A stretch of DNA of 63,723 nt, the filler included, from Cirrosporium novae-zelandiae (taxonomy: Eukaryota), in the NCBI GenBank assembly GCA_026023565.1. It is 3 parts of 3 records of this genome, joined end to end, with 100 filler letters (N's around TTAATTAATTAA, not from the genome) between each part and the next. Parts side by side here need not be neighbours in the genome. Positions count along the whole stretch, not along the records: positions 1 to 29,278 come from JAPETS010000085.1; 2 more parts are not named here. One strand, 5' to 3'. The notes under the pieces were generated by a model that was not told the DNA's origin, ran no database searches, and was given only the letters and a program-made list of their open reading frames with translations. The translations under genes and the position numbers were made by a program. Shown piece by piece: positions 1 to 13,423 of this stretch. Position 1 is the first letter of the stretch. The number at the start of each line of letters is the position of its first letter.

Positions 1-3000
1 GCTTGGAGTTGTAGCTGTAGTTGGGCTTACAGTAATGGTTACAGTCGTGGTTGCAGTATTGATCGATGTAATCGCTGTTGTAGACGTGTTCGTGAAAGTC
101 GGAGAAATAATTATAGAACTTGACCTGCTAGTAGTCGTGTTTGGAGTTGTAGCTGTAGTTCTAGCTGTAGTTGCGTTTGCAGTCGTGGTTACAGTTGTAG
201 TTACAGTATTAATCGATGTAATCGCTGTTGGAGATGTGCTCGTCAAAGTCGGAGAAATAATTATAGAACTTGACGTCCTCGTAGAAGATGAGCGATTGCT
301 AGTAGAAGTGCTAGTAAACGTCGTCGAATTAGTAGCTGTTCGAGTCGGAGAAATCACTATACCACTAGAAGTCCTAGTAGTAGATGTGGAATTTGTTCTT
401 GTAAGGGTTGGGGAGATCACTATAGAACTGGAAGTAGTAGCGATAGTTGTGGAACTGGTATTTGTAAAAGTTGGAGAAACTATTATACTGCTGGAAGTGC
501 TTGTGATCGACGTGCTTGTAATCGACGTCGAGCTAATGGTTGAAATACGAGTTGAATTGGTGCTTGTCAAGGTTGGGGAAATTATTATGCTACTGGAGGT
601 GCTTGTAACCGACGTGTTTGTAACCGAAGTGCTTGTAATTGATTTCGAGCTGGTGGTTGGAATGCTAGTTGAATTGGTCCTTGTCAAAGTCGGAGAGACT
701 ATTATACTGCTGGAAGTGCTTTTGACCGACGTCGAGCTGGTGGTTGGAATGCTAGTTGAATTGGTCCTTGTTAAAGTCGGGGAAACTATTACGCTGCTAG
801 AAGTGCTTGTAACCGACGTAGTTCTGACCGACGTGCTTGTAATCAGCGTCGAGCTGGTAGTTGGAACGCGAGTTGAATTGGTGTTTGTTAAGGTCGGGGA
901 AACTATTATACTACTGGAACTAGTAGTTACTTTCGACGTGGAATTTGTAACCGGGATCCTAGTCGACGTTGAAATAGTTGAACTGGTGCTTGTCAAGGTC
1001 GGGGAAACTATTATGCTGCTGGACGTGTTTGTAACCGACGTCGAGCTAGTGACTGGAATGCTAGTTGAATTGGTCCTTGTCAAGGTTGGGGAAATTATTA
1101 TACTACCAGAAGTACTCGTGGTCGACGTCGAATTAGCGGCTGGAGTGCTGGTTGAGCTTGATCTAGTTGAACTGGTGCTTGTCAAGGTCGAGGAAACTAT
1201 TACGCTGCTCGAAGTATTTGTGACCGACGTCGAGCTAGTGATTGGAATACTAGTTGAATTGGTCCTTGTCAAGGTCGGGGAAATTATTATACTACCAGAA
1301 GTACTCGTAGTCGACGTCGAATTAGCGGCTGGAGTACTGGTTGAGCTTGATCTAGTTGAAGTAGTGCTTGTCAAAGTCGGAGAAATTACTATACTGCTGG
1401 AACTGCTGGTCGATATTGATGTAGAATTTGTGACCGGGATACTAGTTGAGGCAGTTGAAATAGTTGAATTGGTGCTTGTCAAAGTCGGGGAAAGTACAGT
1501 CATAGAAGTAGACTTTGTGACCGGGATACTAGTCGAATTGGTGCTTGTCAGTGTTGGAGAAATTATTATACTGCCGGAACTGCTAGTCGATATCGATGTA
1601 GACTTTGTAACCGAGATGCTAGTTGAATTGGTCCTTGTCAGTGTTGGGGAAACAATTATGCTACCGGGACTGCTGGAACTGCTTGTTATCGATGTGGAAC
1701 TCGTAACTGGGGCACTAGTTGAATTGGTGCTTGTCAAGGTTGGGGAAATTATTATAGTGCCGGAACTGCTAGAATTGCTTGTTATTGACGTGGAACTTGT
1801 AACTGGGGTACTAGTTGAATTGGTCCTTGTCAAAGTTGGGGAAACAATTATACTACCAGAACTGCTAGTGGAGGCAGTAGAATTTGTGACCGGGGTACTA
1901 GTCGAAATTGAAATAGTTGAATTGATGCTTGTCAAGGTCGGGGAAACTATTATACTGCTGGAAGAGCTCATGACCGACATGCTTGTAACCGATATCAAAC
2001 TAGTAACTGGAGTGCTAGTTGAATTGGTGCTTGTCAAAGTCGGAGAAACTATTATACTGCCAGAACTGCTAGAACTGCTTGTAATCGATATCGAGCTGGT
2101 GATGGAAACACGAGTTGAATTGGTATTTGTCAAAGTCGGAGAGACTATTATACTGCCGGAACTGCTAGAGCTGTTTGTTACAATCGACGTGAAACTTGTA
2201 ACTGGGATACTAGTTGAATTAGTATTTGTCAAAGTTGGGGAAACTATTATACTGCTGGAAGAGCTCGTGGCCGACGTGCTTGTAACCGATGTCGAGCTAG
2301 TAACTGGAGTGCTAGTTGAATTGGTCCTTGTCAAAGTTGGGGAAACAATTATACTACCAGAACTGCTAGTGGAGGCAGTAGAATTTGTGACCGGGGTACT
2401 AGTCGAAATTGAAATAGTTGAATTGATGTTTGTCAAGGTCGGAGAAACTATTATACTGCCGGAACTGCTAGAGCTGTTTGTTACAATCGACGTGGAACTT
2501 GTAACTGGGATGCTAGTTGAATTGGTGTTTGTCAAGGTCGGAGAGACTATTATACTGCCGGAACTACTAGAACTGCTCGTTACAATCGACGTGGAACTTG
2601 TAATTGGAATACTAGTTGAATTGGTGCTTGTCAAGGTCGGAGAAATAATTATACTGCCGGAAGAGCTCGTGACCGACGTATTTGTAACCGATATCGAGCT
2701 AGTAACTGGGATACTAGTTGAATTGATATTTGTCAAAGTTGGGGAAACTATTATACTGCTGGAAGAGCTCGTGGCCGACGTGCTTGTAACCGATGTCGAG
2801 CTAGTAACTGGGATGCTAGTTGAATTGGTGTTTGTCAAGGTCGGAGAGACTATTATACTGCCAGAACTGCTGGAACTGCTTGTTATCGATGTGGAACTTG
2901 TAACTGGGGTACTAGTTGAATTGGTGTTTGTCAAAGTCGGGGAAACTATTATACTGCTGGAAGAGCTCGTGGTCGACGTGCTTGTAACCGATGTCGAGCT

Positions 3001-4275
3001 AGTAACTGGGGTACTAGTTGAATTGGTGTTTGTCAAGGTCGGAGAGACTATTATACTGCCAGAACTGCTGGAACTGCTTGCTATCGACGTGGAACTTGTA
3101 ACCGGGGTACTAATTGAATTGGTGCTTGTCAAAGTTGGGGAAACTATTATACTGCTGGAAGAGCTCGTGGCCGACGTGCTTGTAACCGATGTCGAGCTAG
3201 TAACTGGGGTACTAGTTGAATTGGTGCTTGTCAAGGTCGGGGAAACTATTATACTGCTGGAAGAGCTCGTGGCCGACGTGCTTGTAACCGATGTCGAGCT
3301 AGTAACTGGGGTACTAGTTGAACTGGCGCTTGTTAGGGTCGGGGAAACTATTATACTACCGGAACTGCTAGTCGATATCAACGTGGAATTTGCGGATGAT
3401 GTAATGATGGAAGTAGAAATTATGGTCGATGTAATGACGGATGTAGAGACCGTAGTTGAGGTAGAAGTAGATGTAGAAATAATCGTTGATGTTGAGATTG
3501 GCGTTAAGGATGTTGAAGTTGTAGAAGGAGTCAAAATCGTAGTCGAGTTAGTAAACTTTAACGTTGACGCCTGACGTGCTTTAACCTTAGGGTCTAATGT
3601 TTCATCTACTGTCACTGTTGTTGTTGTGGTTGTTCCTCCATCAACAGTGATAGAAACCGTGACCATCTCAGACATTGCTACTTTCAATGAATGCGTAATA
3701 CCAGAAGCTGTTATTGTTTCATATGTCGTTGTAGGCGAACTGCTTGAATAGTTAGCTCAATGAATCAAGGCCGTCGATAGTAAAGGAGCATACATGTGTA
3801 AGCAAGAGCAAGCGCGGCTCAGTGCTAAATCAACCGATTTATCGAATGCCGCATCCCGTTTCCATTTCTGGACTTCAGTTGGAAGACGATCAGCAGCCTC
3901 GCGCTTTGCCCATCCTGGAAAAGCAAGAGCCGCAGCACGACGGGTTAGTGGCTGAGGCACGGCCTGGGTCACTGTAATCGTTTCGGTAACTTGAGCTGAT
4001 ACGAACTTAGTAGTCGTACCCAAAGGTGAATTGATGGTATTGTAAACAGTGGTTTCTGGACCAATCGAGGTTATAACCGAGGTAACAGTAGGGATGTGTA
4101 TATAGCTGCTACAGAATGGCACGGTGTCTTGGGTGAAGGCAGCTGAAGCTAGGACTTGGAGATAGTGGTCCTTGACACATGCTTGCGGCTTATGTTTCAA
4201 GAAACTGGCGGAACCAACGGTAACGAGAGAAGTAATAAAGAGGGCCAAAGCCAGGGGGGAGAGAGCGAAACGCAT
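1..4275 (-). CDS. Secreted Ser/Thr-rich repetitive cell-surface protein (adhesin/mucin-like), 3' end outside window
   Basis: ATG at 4275 gives signal peptide MRFALSPLALALFITSLVTVGSA; Cys-containing N-terminal part (C..DHYLQ..FCSSYI...LSRACSCL) with KR sites; GTATGC donor at 3793, GCTAAC branch, CAG acceptor 3742-3740; exon 2 reads through about 34 repeats of SSSIIVSPTLTSTNSTS(T/I)PVTSSTS towards position 1. Confidence 0.85.
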
Positions 4276-6490
4276 CGCGGTCAAAATGGACCGCTATGCA
4301 ATTGAACGAAAGACAAAAGAGTGGGAAAGATGCGGTCACCGGACGTAGGAGTGATGATAATAGGAACAGAAGGAAAGGACAGGATATATAAAGAAGTGGG
4401 AAGAGAAATAGACTGGGAGGAGTTGAGCTTGCTCCCGAATAGGTGTTGTTTTTCTACCTTGCAGGATATGCCTTGGGCCCAGCCTGTTTGAAAAAGAGAA
4501 GCCACCATAAAATATGGAGGCGAACACCTTAATCCGGCTTGAAATCCTTAATAGATGTCTTAGTGAGTAGAAAAACACCTCCACCACATTTATCACAAGT
4601 TGTAAGGGGGTCTTGAGTCGGTTCGATGAGCCAAGAAGCTCGGAACAGAGATGAATGCCAAGATTAAATGCCATGATCTGCCACGAAATCTCCAACGGCC
4701 ACCACCATAGGAGGATTGGAGGATATTATACGAGAACCGATAAAGCAAGGAGAAAATCTATGTACGAAGTAAACCAAAGTCTTGCCGCATGTTAGGGAAC
4801 CAACCAACCCCCGGACCCCGAATAAAGCCCGTATCCGGTGGCTTACATGAGGCTTATTTTGCAGAAATTACCACTCAGTAATTAGCAAACAATGGTATAA
4901 GACCATAGAGAAGGACGGAAAGCCCAGGGGTGAACGTACCTAAGACTGTAAATTATGTTGCAGAATAAAATCGACTTTTTCAATCAATACCCATTGATTA
5001 CAATGGTTTCTTCGACGTCGAAGATGCCAAGGCATTAGACATTCATTTAAACTCCATGTACAAACTACTACCATAGTTGGTGAGGACCACGGTCGTAAGG
5101 AAGTCGTTAGGCGGCGTTTGATCTCCATAATGCTGGACGCGATGAGCTCCTAGAAAGGCCTTAGACTAAGATTGTAGTCTTGATATGTATTAGTCGATAA
5201 AATAGCTAAGGATCCTCCTGGTGGAAGAAAGTCACAGAAAAAATACAATGGGTCACTACTGTCATAACAAAATGCTAGTATCAGTAAAAAGTATAAGCAT
5301 GATAGGTGAGGTGTGAGAATCATATCCCTAATCCAATGCGAGAAAACCTTGAAAATCATTATTAGCATAAGCTGTAAATTTGACTCTCTTTGAAATAAGG
5401 TATAGAGATACAGATACAGATACAGGAACAAAATAGAGATATGCACAAGAGAAAATTCATGTTAGCCCTACCATCAACTGCCCATTGCTTCAAGTTGGGT
5501 AGAACATTTTCAGGGCCTCGAGGCATATAGACCTCGCATACTATGCTAAACCTTACGGAAAAATCCAACCTCAAAATTCACAGCTAAAAACAAAGGACAT
5601 TTCCGTAAAATCAACGGTAGCAATACTAGATCAGAGATAAAGCCCTAGATAATTTCATTCACATAAGAACGTTTAACGGAGCGACATGGTGGTGTATTAA
5701 GATGGCGTTACATGATTCAATCCAAAAAGGAGCAGAAAGTGTTCATGAACGTAGATTTATTGCATCTATTATGGCCAGGGGATACACCGGGTATCGATGC
5801 CATCCAGTCTCCATTCAGAGGCGCAAATTGGATTATAACATGTTTTAGCTGTATATTATAGACTGAGGTCATGGACGTGAGGCAAGCTATGAATCTGTGA
5901 CAGGTAAACATGATCTAGAGGAGTGCACTGCGGGATTAGCCATAACCATAGAATGCCATTGTAGATAAACCAAATCCTTACTAGAAAGGGTGAAAATGTT
6001 TCAGCGACTTATCAATATCTCAAACGCCATGTATACGGTGATGGCGTTGGGGCTAAAATCTTGAAGATGTTGGAGGTCAGCATAAGATTTGGAGAATGTT
6101 GAGAGTAACTAAGGTACCTTAAGGTATTGTATTAGCAAGGATTTAATGAATAGAGCTTAGCCAATTTCTACTTAGTACCGAGGTAGACTAGGCACTTTTT
6201 AATTCGATCCTTTGACGGAGGAGACCCTTGGGGCCCGCCAAGGCTGCCATATCTCCAATTCTGAATTTTGAACAGAACGAAAGCTCCCCACCAACATACC
6301 GACCCCGAAATCACAACTGCCAAATTACCAGCACATACAAGATGCATTTCAGCCTTTGGTCCTTTCATCTTTCCATCCCGAATTAATTGATCCTATTGTC
6401 TATCATTCACCAATATCAACCAACAAGTCCGCATCCCACCCCCCAACCAGTAATTTAATGCCCACGACTCATCTTTGAACTGAGTATTCC

Positions 6491-7250
6491 ATGGGCAACT
6501 GTTTGTCCTGCCTCGGCCTAGACCGGCATCGCAACTCTCAGGTATGACCATCATGAATCGATAACTACCTTCTACTTCCCCTTTCCTTACCAGCTAGCAT
6601 CGTATCCTACGCATTTCATAGTTCAAAGCTGATATTCCTCTGTTATGGGATAAATCAAACAGTCTTCTGAGACATCTCGTCTATTATATGACGACCCTTA
6701 CTCTAATCATTATGGCTCCCTTCATGGAGGAGCTCACACGACCTTTCAACCTAATGCAGAAGACATCAAGCGAGAGCGAGAGGCTCTAGAGGCTATCTGT
6801 CAGAAAGCCGCCGAGTGAGTATATTCATGGACCACGTCCATTTCATCCTCCCTTTTCGCACATTCGTACATGATATATCTCAGCTCCCTAGACCTAGCGC
6901 ATTTATCAAGAGGCCTGAGTATGCGCCCACAACATAAATATTCAATAGCTAATTGTTCCTGCTCCACCAGTTCGATAGTCGACATCTTTGCCTTGCAACC
7001 CCCTCCAGCATATGGGCCTGACCCTAATGCGCGCGAACACTATTATCAAGATCTACTCCATAACGTTCTCGAATCTAGTGAATCTCGAATGACCACACCT
7101 CCTATAATGACAGCACCACCTCGTCCCATCACGAATGGACAAGCAAGAGACGAATCAGACACACAAATCAAGACACTTGACAACATTCCATTGTTCCGTG
7201 AGGATGGTCTGGATTTGAGAGAACTTGGTGTCGACAAAGGCGCCTGGTAG
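6491..7250 (+). CDS. LAMTOR1/Ego1(Meh1)-like vacuolar TORC1 scaffold subunit, 3 exons (6491-6541, 6663-6814, 6971-7250)
   Basis: Spliced product MGNCLSCLGLDRHRNSQ-SSETSRLLYDDPY...EDIKREREALEAICQKAAD-SIVDIF: N-myristoylation/palmitoylation signal MGxCxSC, dileucine motif ETSRLL, short helix; GT-AG introns keep the frame. Confidence 0.75.
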
Positions 7251-8349
7251 ACTCATTATGGAAGCGGATATACCCAATCAATCTTAATACTAATAACGTG
7301 GTAACATATACATGTGGCAATACAGCAGCTACTTTATCGGCGACACATGAACTATAGCTTTTCTTTGGGTTTAGGTCTGGTTGACGAGACCCCATCATAG
7401 TTTAGCAATCCTTTCCTTTACGACTCTCTTTTGTTTCTACATGTATAAAATTTAGGAAATTCATTGTATTATTGGCATATCCATCCCTTTAGCGGAATAT
7501 CTTGGATTATACTATTTTTAGAGGTATTCTGACTTGTGTATTGATAGTTTTCTTGGCTCGATATTCTATCATAATTCTGTTGTAATAATATTAGGTTATT
7601 AGTATTCAGCCTCATCACACCCAACCACCTAAAACATCAAGAGGCTTTGAAAGCAAAAACATTTTATCAATATTTGATAAGAGGGCCTTCATCTAAGATG
7701 AGTTTCTGTTCATTGAAATTGCCTTTTGCGCTTCAAAACTTGGGATGCTGTGGGAAGATAGACTACGGATCTGTTTATATAAAGAGCTAAATGCTAACGA
7801 TTTATATATAGGAGGTGAACTAGAATTTCGCTTTCTTATTAAATACCTAGTTGTAATGTTTGTGTTACCTCCCTACAAGACGAGGGATGAAGTGCTATAG
7901 AAATGGAAAGGTGGTTTACACTCTAATAATGAACAACTAATAAAGCGGATGGAGAACTTTTATATAACTGCACACCAACAATACAAAATTCGAGGGTAAC
8001 TAAGCATAGACATCACAATGATTACCTGGAACTAGTAGACTAAAAGCTCTTGGAATACTTTTTTCTCTTATCATATAAAATACCAAGTCAATTAATGTAC
8101 ATACAACCTATACTTTGTAACTTCCATGTTTACATGCCTCGGCTAAGCTCAACCCCGGTAGCTTCAAAGGCCATCCAAGATTCAAACTCCAAGCTTAAGC
8201 TCCGTTAACCAGTAATTCTCCAACACAAGCCTCTAATTACCATGAGTCCATGATCTTTATTAAATTATTTCTCACTTCTCATTTCCTCCAAATTTAATCT
8301 CCACTCGGCTTCTAATATGGAACTCTTTGTGGCGGTATATTAAATATTA

Positions 8350-10298
8350 ATGGCGACAGGTATCCTCTAGAAATTTGATTACCAACTTTATACTAATATA
8401 TCTGACCAGTACGAATTGTGGTATGTGGTGATGAGGGTACTGGAAAATCTAGCCTCATTACGTCCCTTGTTAAAGATGTCTTCGTTACCAATAAAATCCA
8501 AACGACCCTTCCAGCGGTAGTTATTCCTCCCAGCGTGGGTACTCCAGAGGATGTAACAACTACAGTTGTCGATACATCTGCTCTGCCCCAGGAACGTGCA
8601 AACCTAGCAAAAGAGCTTCGAAAAGCGAATGTTATACTACTGGTATATTCGGATCACTATAGCTATGAACGAGTTGCATTATTTTGGATGCCACATTTCC
8701 GGTCGCTGGGTGTGAACGTACCTGTCGTGCTCTGTGCAAACAAATGTGATTTGGCTAGCAATATCAGTACTGCACAAGTGATGGATGAAGAGATGTTGCC
8801 TGTAATGGCAGAGTTCAAGGAAGTTGACTCCGGCATTCGAACCAGCGCAAGGGAACATTATAATGTTAACGAGGGTTTCTTTCTCTGTCAAAAGGCCGTC
8901 ACCCACCCTATTGCACCACTGTTTGACTCCAAGGAGTCAACCTTGAAGCCTGCTACTGTTGCCGCCTTACAACGGGTATTCTATCTCTCTGATAAAGATC
9001 GGGATGGATATTTGAATGACCAAGAACTTCTCGATTTCCAAAATAAGTGTTTTGGGAAGTCTCTAGCTAACGGAGAACTTCAGAATATCAAAGAAGGTAT
9101 CCAAAAGATCTCCCCCGACTCTGTTACAGATTCCGGTATTGATCCCGAGGGATTCATTCTCCTTAATAAATTATTTGCTGAAAAAGGCCGCCATGAAACA
9201 ATATGGATTATCTTGCGCACCTTTCACTATACAGACAATCTCTCTCTTCGAGAATCGTTTCTACATCCCCGATTTGATGTACCCCCTTTCGCTTCTGCTG
9301 AACTTTCCCCTTCAGGGTATCGTTTTTTCGTCGATTTATTCTTACGTTCGGATAAAGACAACGATGGAGGGTTAAATTCTTCGGAGTTAGCAGGGCTCTT
9401 TGCTCCTAGTCCTGGCCTTCCTCAATTATGGATTGATGCTGATTTTCCTTCTTCGACTGTTCGTAATGAAGCTGGTCACGTTACCCTCCAAGGCTGGTTG
9501 GCTCAATGGAGCATGACCACTTTTACCTCCCCAAAGACAACCTTGGAATACTTGGCCTATCTAGGCTTTGAGTCATCAGATCGTAGTAATCCGTTGACAA
9601 CTGCGGCATTAAAAGTTACAAAACCAAGGAAACGCCGAAAACGCCCTGGCCGAGTTGGTCGCAATGTTGTGTCATGCTATGTCATTGGAGCTGCTGGATG
9701 TGGAAAGTCATCACTTCTCGACGCATTCCTTGCGAGACCTTTCACCTCTACATATCACCCAACCATCAAACCTCGAACAGCTGTCAATACGGTCGAATTG
9801 TCTGGAGGCCGACAGTGCTACCTCATCCTTGAAGAACTTGGTGAACTAGAGCCTGCAGTTTTGGAAAATAAAGCGAAACTACTTGATGTTTGTGACATGA
9901 TCATGTATTCTTACGACTCTTCTGATCCCGACTCATTTGCGCATATACCTGAGATTCGTGCCAAGTTTCCACACTTGGAGGAGCTTCCCGGCATGTATGT
10001 TGCCTTGAAAGCTGACAGGGACCGGACCACGCAGCGCGGAGATATACAGCCTGATGAATACACGGCAATGATCAAGATGCCAGGACCTCCATTACATGTA
10101 AGCGTGACGTGGAGCTCTATACAAGAATTATTTGTGCAAATTGCAGAGGCGGCAATTGAGCCAGCAACCGCATTCCCGAAAAGCGAAGACGAGAGAGCTA
10201 ACGACTGGATGGGCTGGGGAATGGCTCTTGGGGCAGCTGTGGCGGCTGGGACAGCAGCTGTTGTGATATATAGACGGGCTAATGGAAGCACAACATGA
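8350..10298 (+). CDS. GEM1: Mitochondrial Rho GTPase (Miro), 2 exons (8350-8359, 8410-10298)
   Basis: [19 protein letters not shown]-loop, two EF-hands ([18 protein letters not shown]), second GTPase (GAAGCGKSS), C-terminal tail anchor. Confidence 0.97.
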
Positions 10299-11073
10299 TT
10301 AGAATGTTAACATGGAGTTGGTTGAGATAGGATGAGTAAGGATTAGGGTTGTGATACCTTTGTTGAGGCGTTCTTTCTAATTGGAATTTGAGTCATGGCG
10401 GAATAAGCTTGAATATGCAGGAACGACCGTTACAGCAAGCATACCAAGGCCTGACCGGTTAAATAGTGTCTCGTTAACGGGGCTATCCTCATCCAACTAA
10501 AATAAACATTATTGAGAAATGGGTTCTACTAAGTAAATCATTGTGATCACATAGTATTGAAACAACCAGGTCAAAAGGTTGTCTGGTTCATTAACCTCGT
10601 TTCAGATCTTGTGAATTATGAATCATGATTCACGATGATGGGGCAAGGTGGAGAGCATTGTGGGTTTACCCCAGATTCCCATTCTCCCTACTTCCGGCTC
10701 TTCCAGCCTAAATCCGAGGCCTCAGTCCCGGTCTCTATTCGGCCTCAACTCATGATGACTTCAACTGATGTGCGGGGACCTCTCTCTTTCAATATGATTA
10801 TTTGTGAAACTGATGATTTTCTTCCTTCAATACTCTCTATAGAGTCGCAGATCTCTTAAATTTTCCTTTTGGTATAATTACATATTGAAAGTTGATTCTC
10901 CATCCATATCTCGGATTATACCTCACATTTAGCCTGGCTGGACGACATTGATCTTAGCCGATATTGCCATACACCATCGCTGAATAGTGACATGACCATT
11001 TACGATAATTTTCTTCTCACTCATCCCCTATTTTTCGACCGATTTAACATCTGCTTAGAGTGCATATTTCACA

Positions 11074-13423
11074 ATGTTGTAAGTCCGGCCTGGTCATTGC
11101 TGTAGAAGCATCATCAAGGCTTTAAATGCACGAGTATTTATGCCACATATCTAGTGTCTGTCCTCCACCTCCTAGATATCCCCATCCGCATGGTTATATT
11201 GGTGGGCCAAATCCTATGGCATCTCCGTTGCTGGAGACAAGTAATACGTTGAATCATCCCACCGGACCAGATTATCAACTTCAGCTCAGTGAAGGTGAGC
11301 TTAATCCTAATTACAAACATAAACGAGTAGCGTACCACTGACAACTTTCTCCATGGAAGGCACCTACATTCTTCGAGATGATTTGCATCTCGCAACACCT
11401 CCACCACATCCATCAGAAGCTCCGGTCATCAATCCAAATCCTCTTGCGACCAACCCAATACCCCCAACTGCTGGCGTGAAGCTATCTGTAGTCTGCCTTA
11501 GCCCACCGAAATCCCCACCGCAACTCTACAAAGTCGAAACCACGGCCAGTATAACGTCAAATTTTGCAACATTTAGCATCAAGGAGAGTGAGAAGGAATC
11601 TCAAGGGTCGGGAGAGTTGGCAAGCGATGGTTCTATAGCACCTTTATCCAGCAAGGAGAATCTCTCACTTTCGAGCTCGGCACCTGCCTTTGGGGAGGGA
11701 AATACTATGCTTCAGGCAAACGGAAAGGAGTTTAAGCGCAAGAAGCCCAAAAATAATATTGTCAAGAGTAATTCTTCCTTTGTCTCTCGGGTCATCCCAC
11801 ATGAGAGCCTATCCAAAAGACTGCAAGAGCGAAGTCTTGAGGGGCTTTATGCATTCGCGAATGTAAATCGCGCCTTTCAATGGCTAGATCTTTCCTCCAC
11901 TACTCATAAATCCGAACCTTTAACCAAAATTCTCTTCACCAAGGCCCATATGCTTTGCCACGACACTAATGACATAACGAAGACTACGAATCATATCGAC
12001 ATTGTGATGGGATCCTCAGCTGCCGATATCATCTGGTATGAGCCAATGACTCAAAAATATGCGCGAATTAATAAAAACGGGGTCATCAATTCGACTCCGG
12101 TATCAGATATTCAATGGATCCCAGGTTCTGAGAACCTATTTCTGGCCGCGCACATGGACGGTTCATTGGTTGTTTACGAAAAGGAAAAGGAAGATGCAAC
12201 GTTTTTACCAGAACACAGTGCTTCCGAAAGCCTATCGGATCATGACATTACGCGGGATTCTTCCTCTTTTCATGTATACAAATCAGTGAATTCTAAAAAT
12301 CAGAAGACGAATCCGGTCGCATTCTGGAAGCTCTCAAACCAGCGCATCAATGCCTTTGCATTTTCCCCAGACAGCAGACACCTAGCGGTTGTATCAGAAG
12401 ATGGAGCTCTGAGGATCATCGACTATCTCAAGGAACGGTGGGTGAATTTCCCCTAGTGGAGCAGTTGCAGATCTGACAATATTACAGGTTAACGGATATT
12501 TACAGGAGCTACTACGGTGGCTTAATATGTGTTTGTTGGTCCCCGGATGGGAAATATGTCTTAACGGGGGGGCAGGATGATCTTGTTTCAATATGGTCAT
12601 TGGCGGAGAGACAGATTGTAGCCCGCTGTCCAGGCCATCATTCATGGGTGACGGCGGTTTCTTTTGACCCATGGAGATGTGATCACCGAACTTATCGTTT
12701 CGGAAGTGTTGGGGAGGATTGTAGATTATTGTTGTGGGACTTCAGTGTGGGAATGTTACACCGGCCCAAGGCGGTATGCATAGAGCGGTTCCTACTCTAT
12801 CGATTTCACTATGAGATGAGATATATTGGTTGGTTACTGACATGGGATGGTTGACCCCGTACAGGCCTCTGTCCGCCAACGAGGGAGCATTTCTTCTCAC
12901 AAGCCTATGGCCAGGCAGCGAACCGCAAGCGAATCGGCAAGTCGACTGAGGTCTAACTCTAATTTGACCTCGCAAGATGTCGATGGTGAGGATATTATTC
13001 AGCATCCTGTCGAACCTCGAGCACGGACTGCAGAGCTCCCCCCCGTCATGGTGAGTCCCTTGTCCAGGTTGTGTCCCGGCCAACCAGTAGGGGAGCAGGA
13101 TTGACCATTTGACAGTCCAAAGCTATAGACGACCATCCATTGAGCTGGCTCAAGTTTGAAGCTGATTGCATCATTACCACATGCGCCCAAGGTGAGTCAT
13201 CGAGAACCTATCAAGTATATGTAAAGGAGTTGTCAGGAAAGAAGATGTTACATAGATGGTTTGTTCCTTGTACACAGAGGTTCCTGACTTGAAACGCTTG
13301 ATTCTAGGTCACATTCGAACGTGGGATCGACCCAAAGAGAGAGCAGAAAGCAAAAGCGTGGATGGAGTTGATGACAATGCCGAAGCAGGCGGCGGATTGG
13401 GCGGGGCAGAGCAAGAGCTGTGA
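11074..13423 (+). CDS. creC: Catabolite repression WD40 protein CreC, 7 exons (about 11074-11078, 11155-11294, 11360-12437, 12488-12773, 12865-13050, 13116-13191, 13308-13423)
   Basis: [11 protein letters not shown] start, Pro-rich [42 protein letters not shown]40 blades ([51 protein letters not shown]); canonical splice sites. Confidence 0.92.

Noticed and set aside
35..3574. 1179-aa Val/Leu/Glu-rich + strand ORF
   Set aside because: Antisense shadow of the Ser/Thr repeat gene; the minus strand has the signal peptide, splice sites and plausible composition.
4940..6368. Short minus-strand ORFs that could be a small spliced gene or pseudogene
   Set aside because: No recognisable domain and no consistent exon chain could be built.
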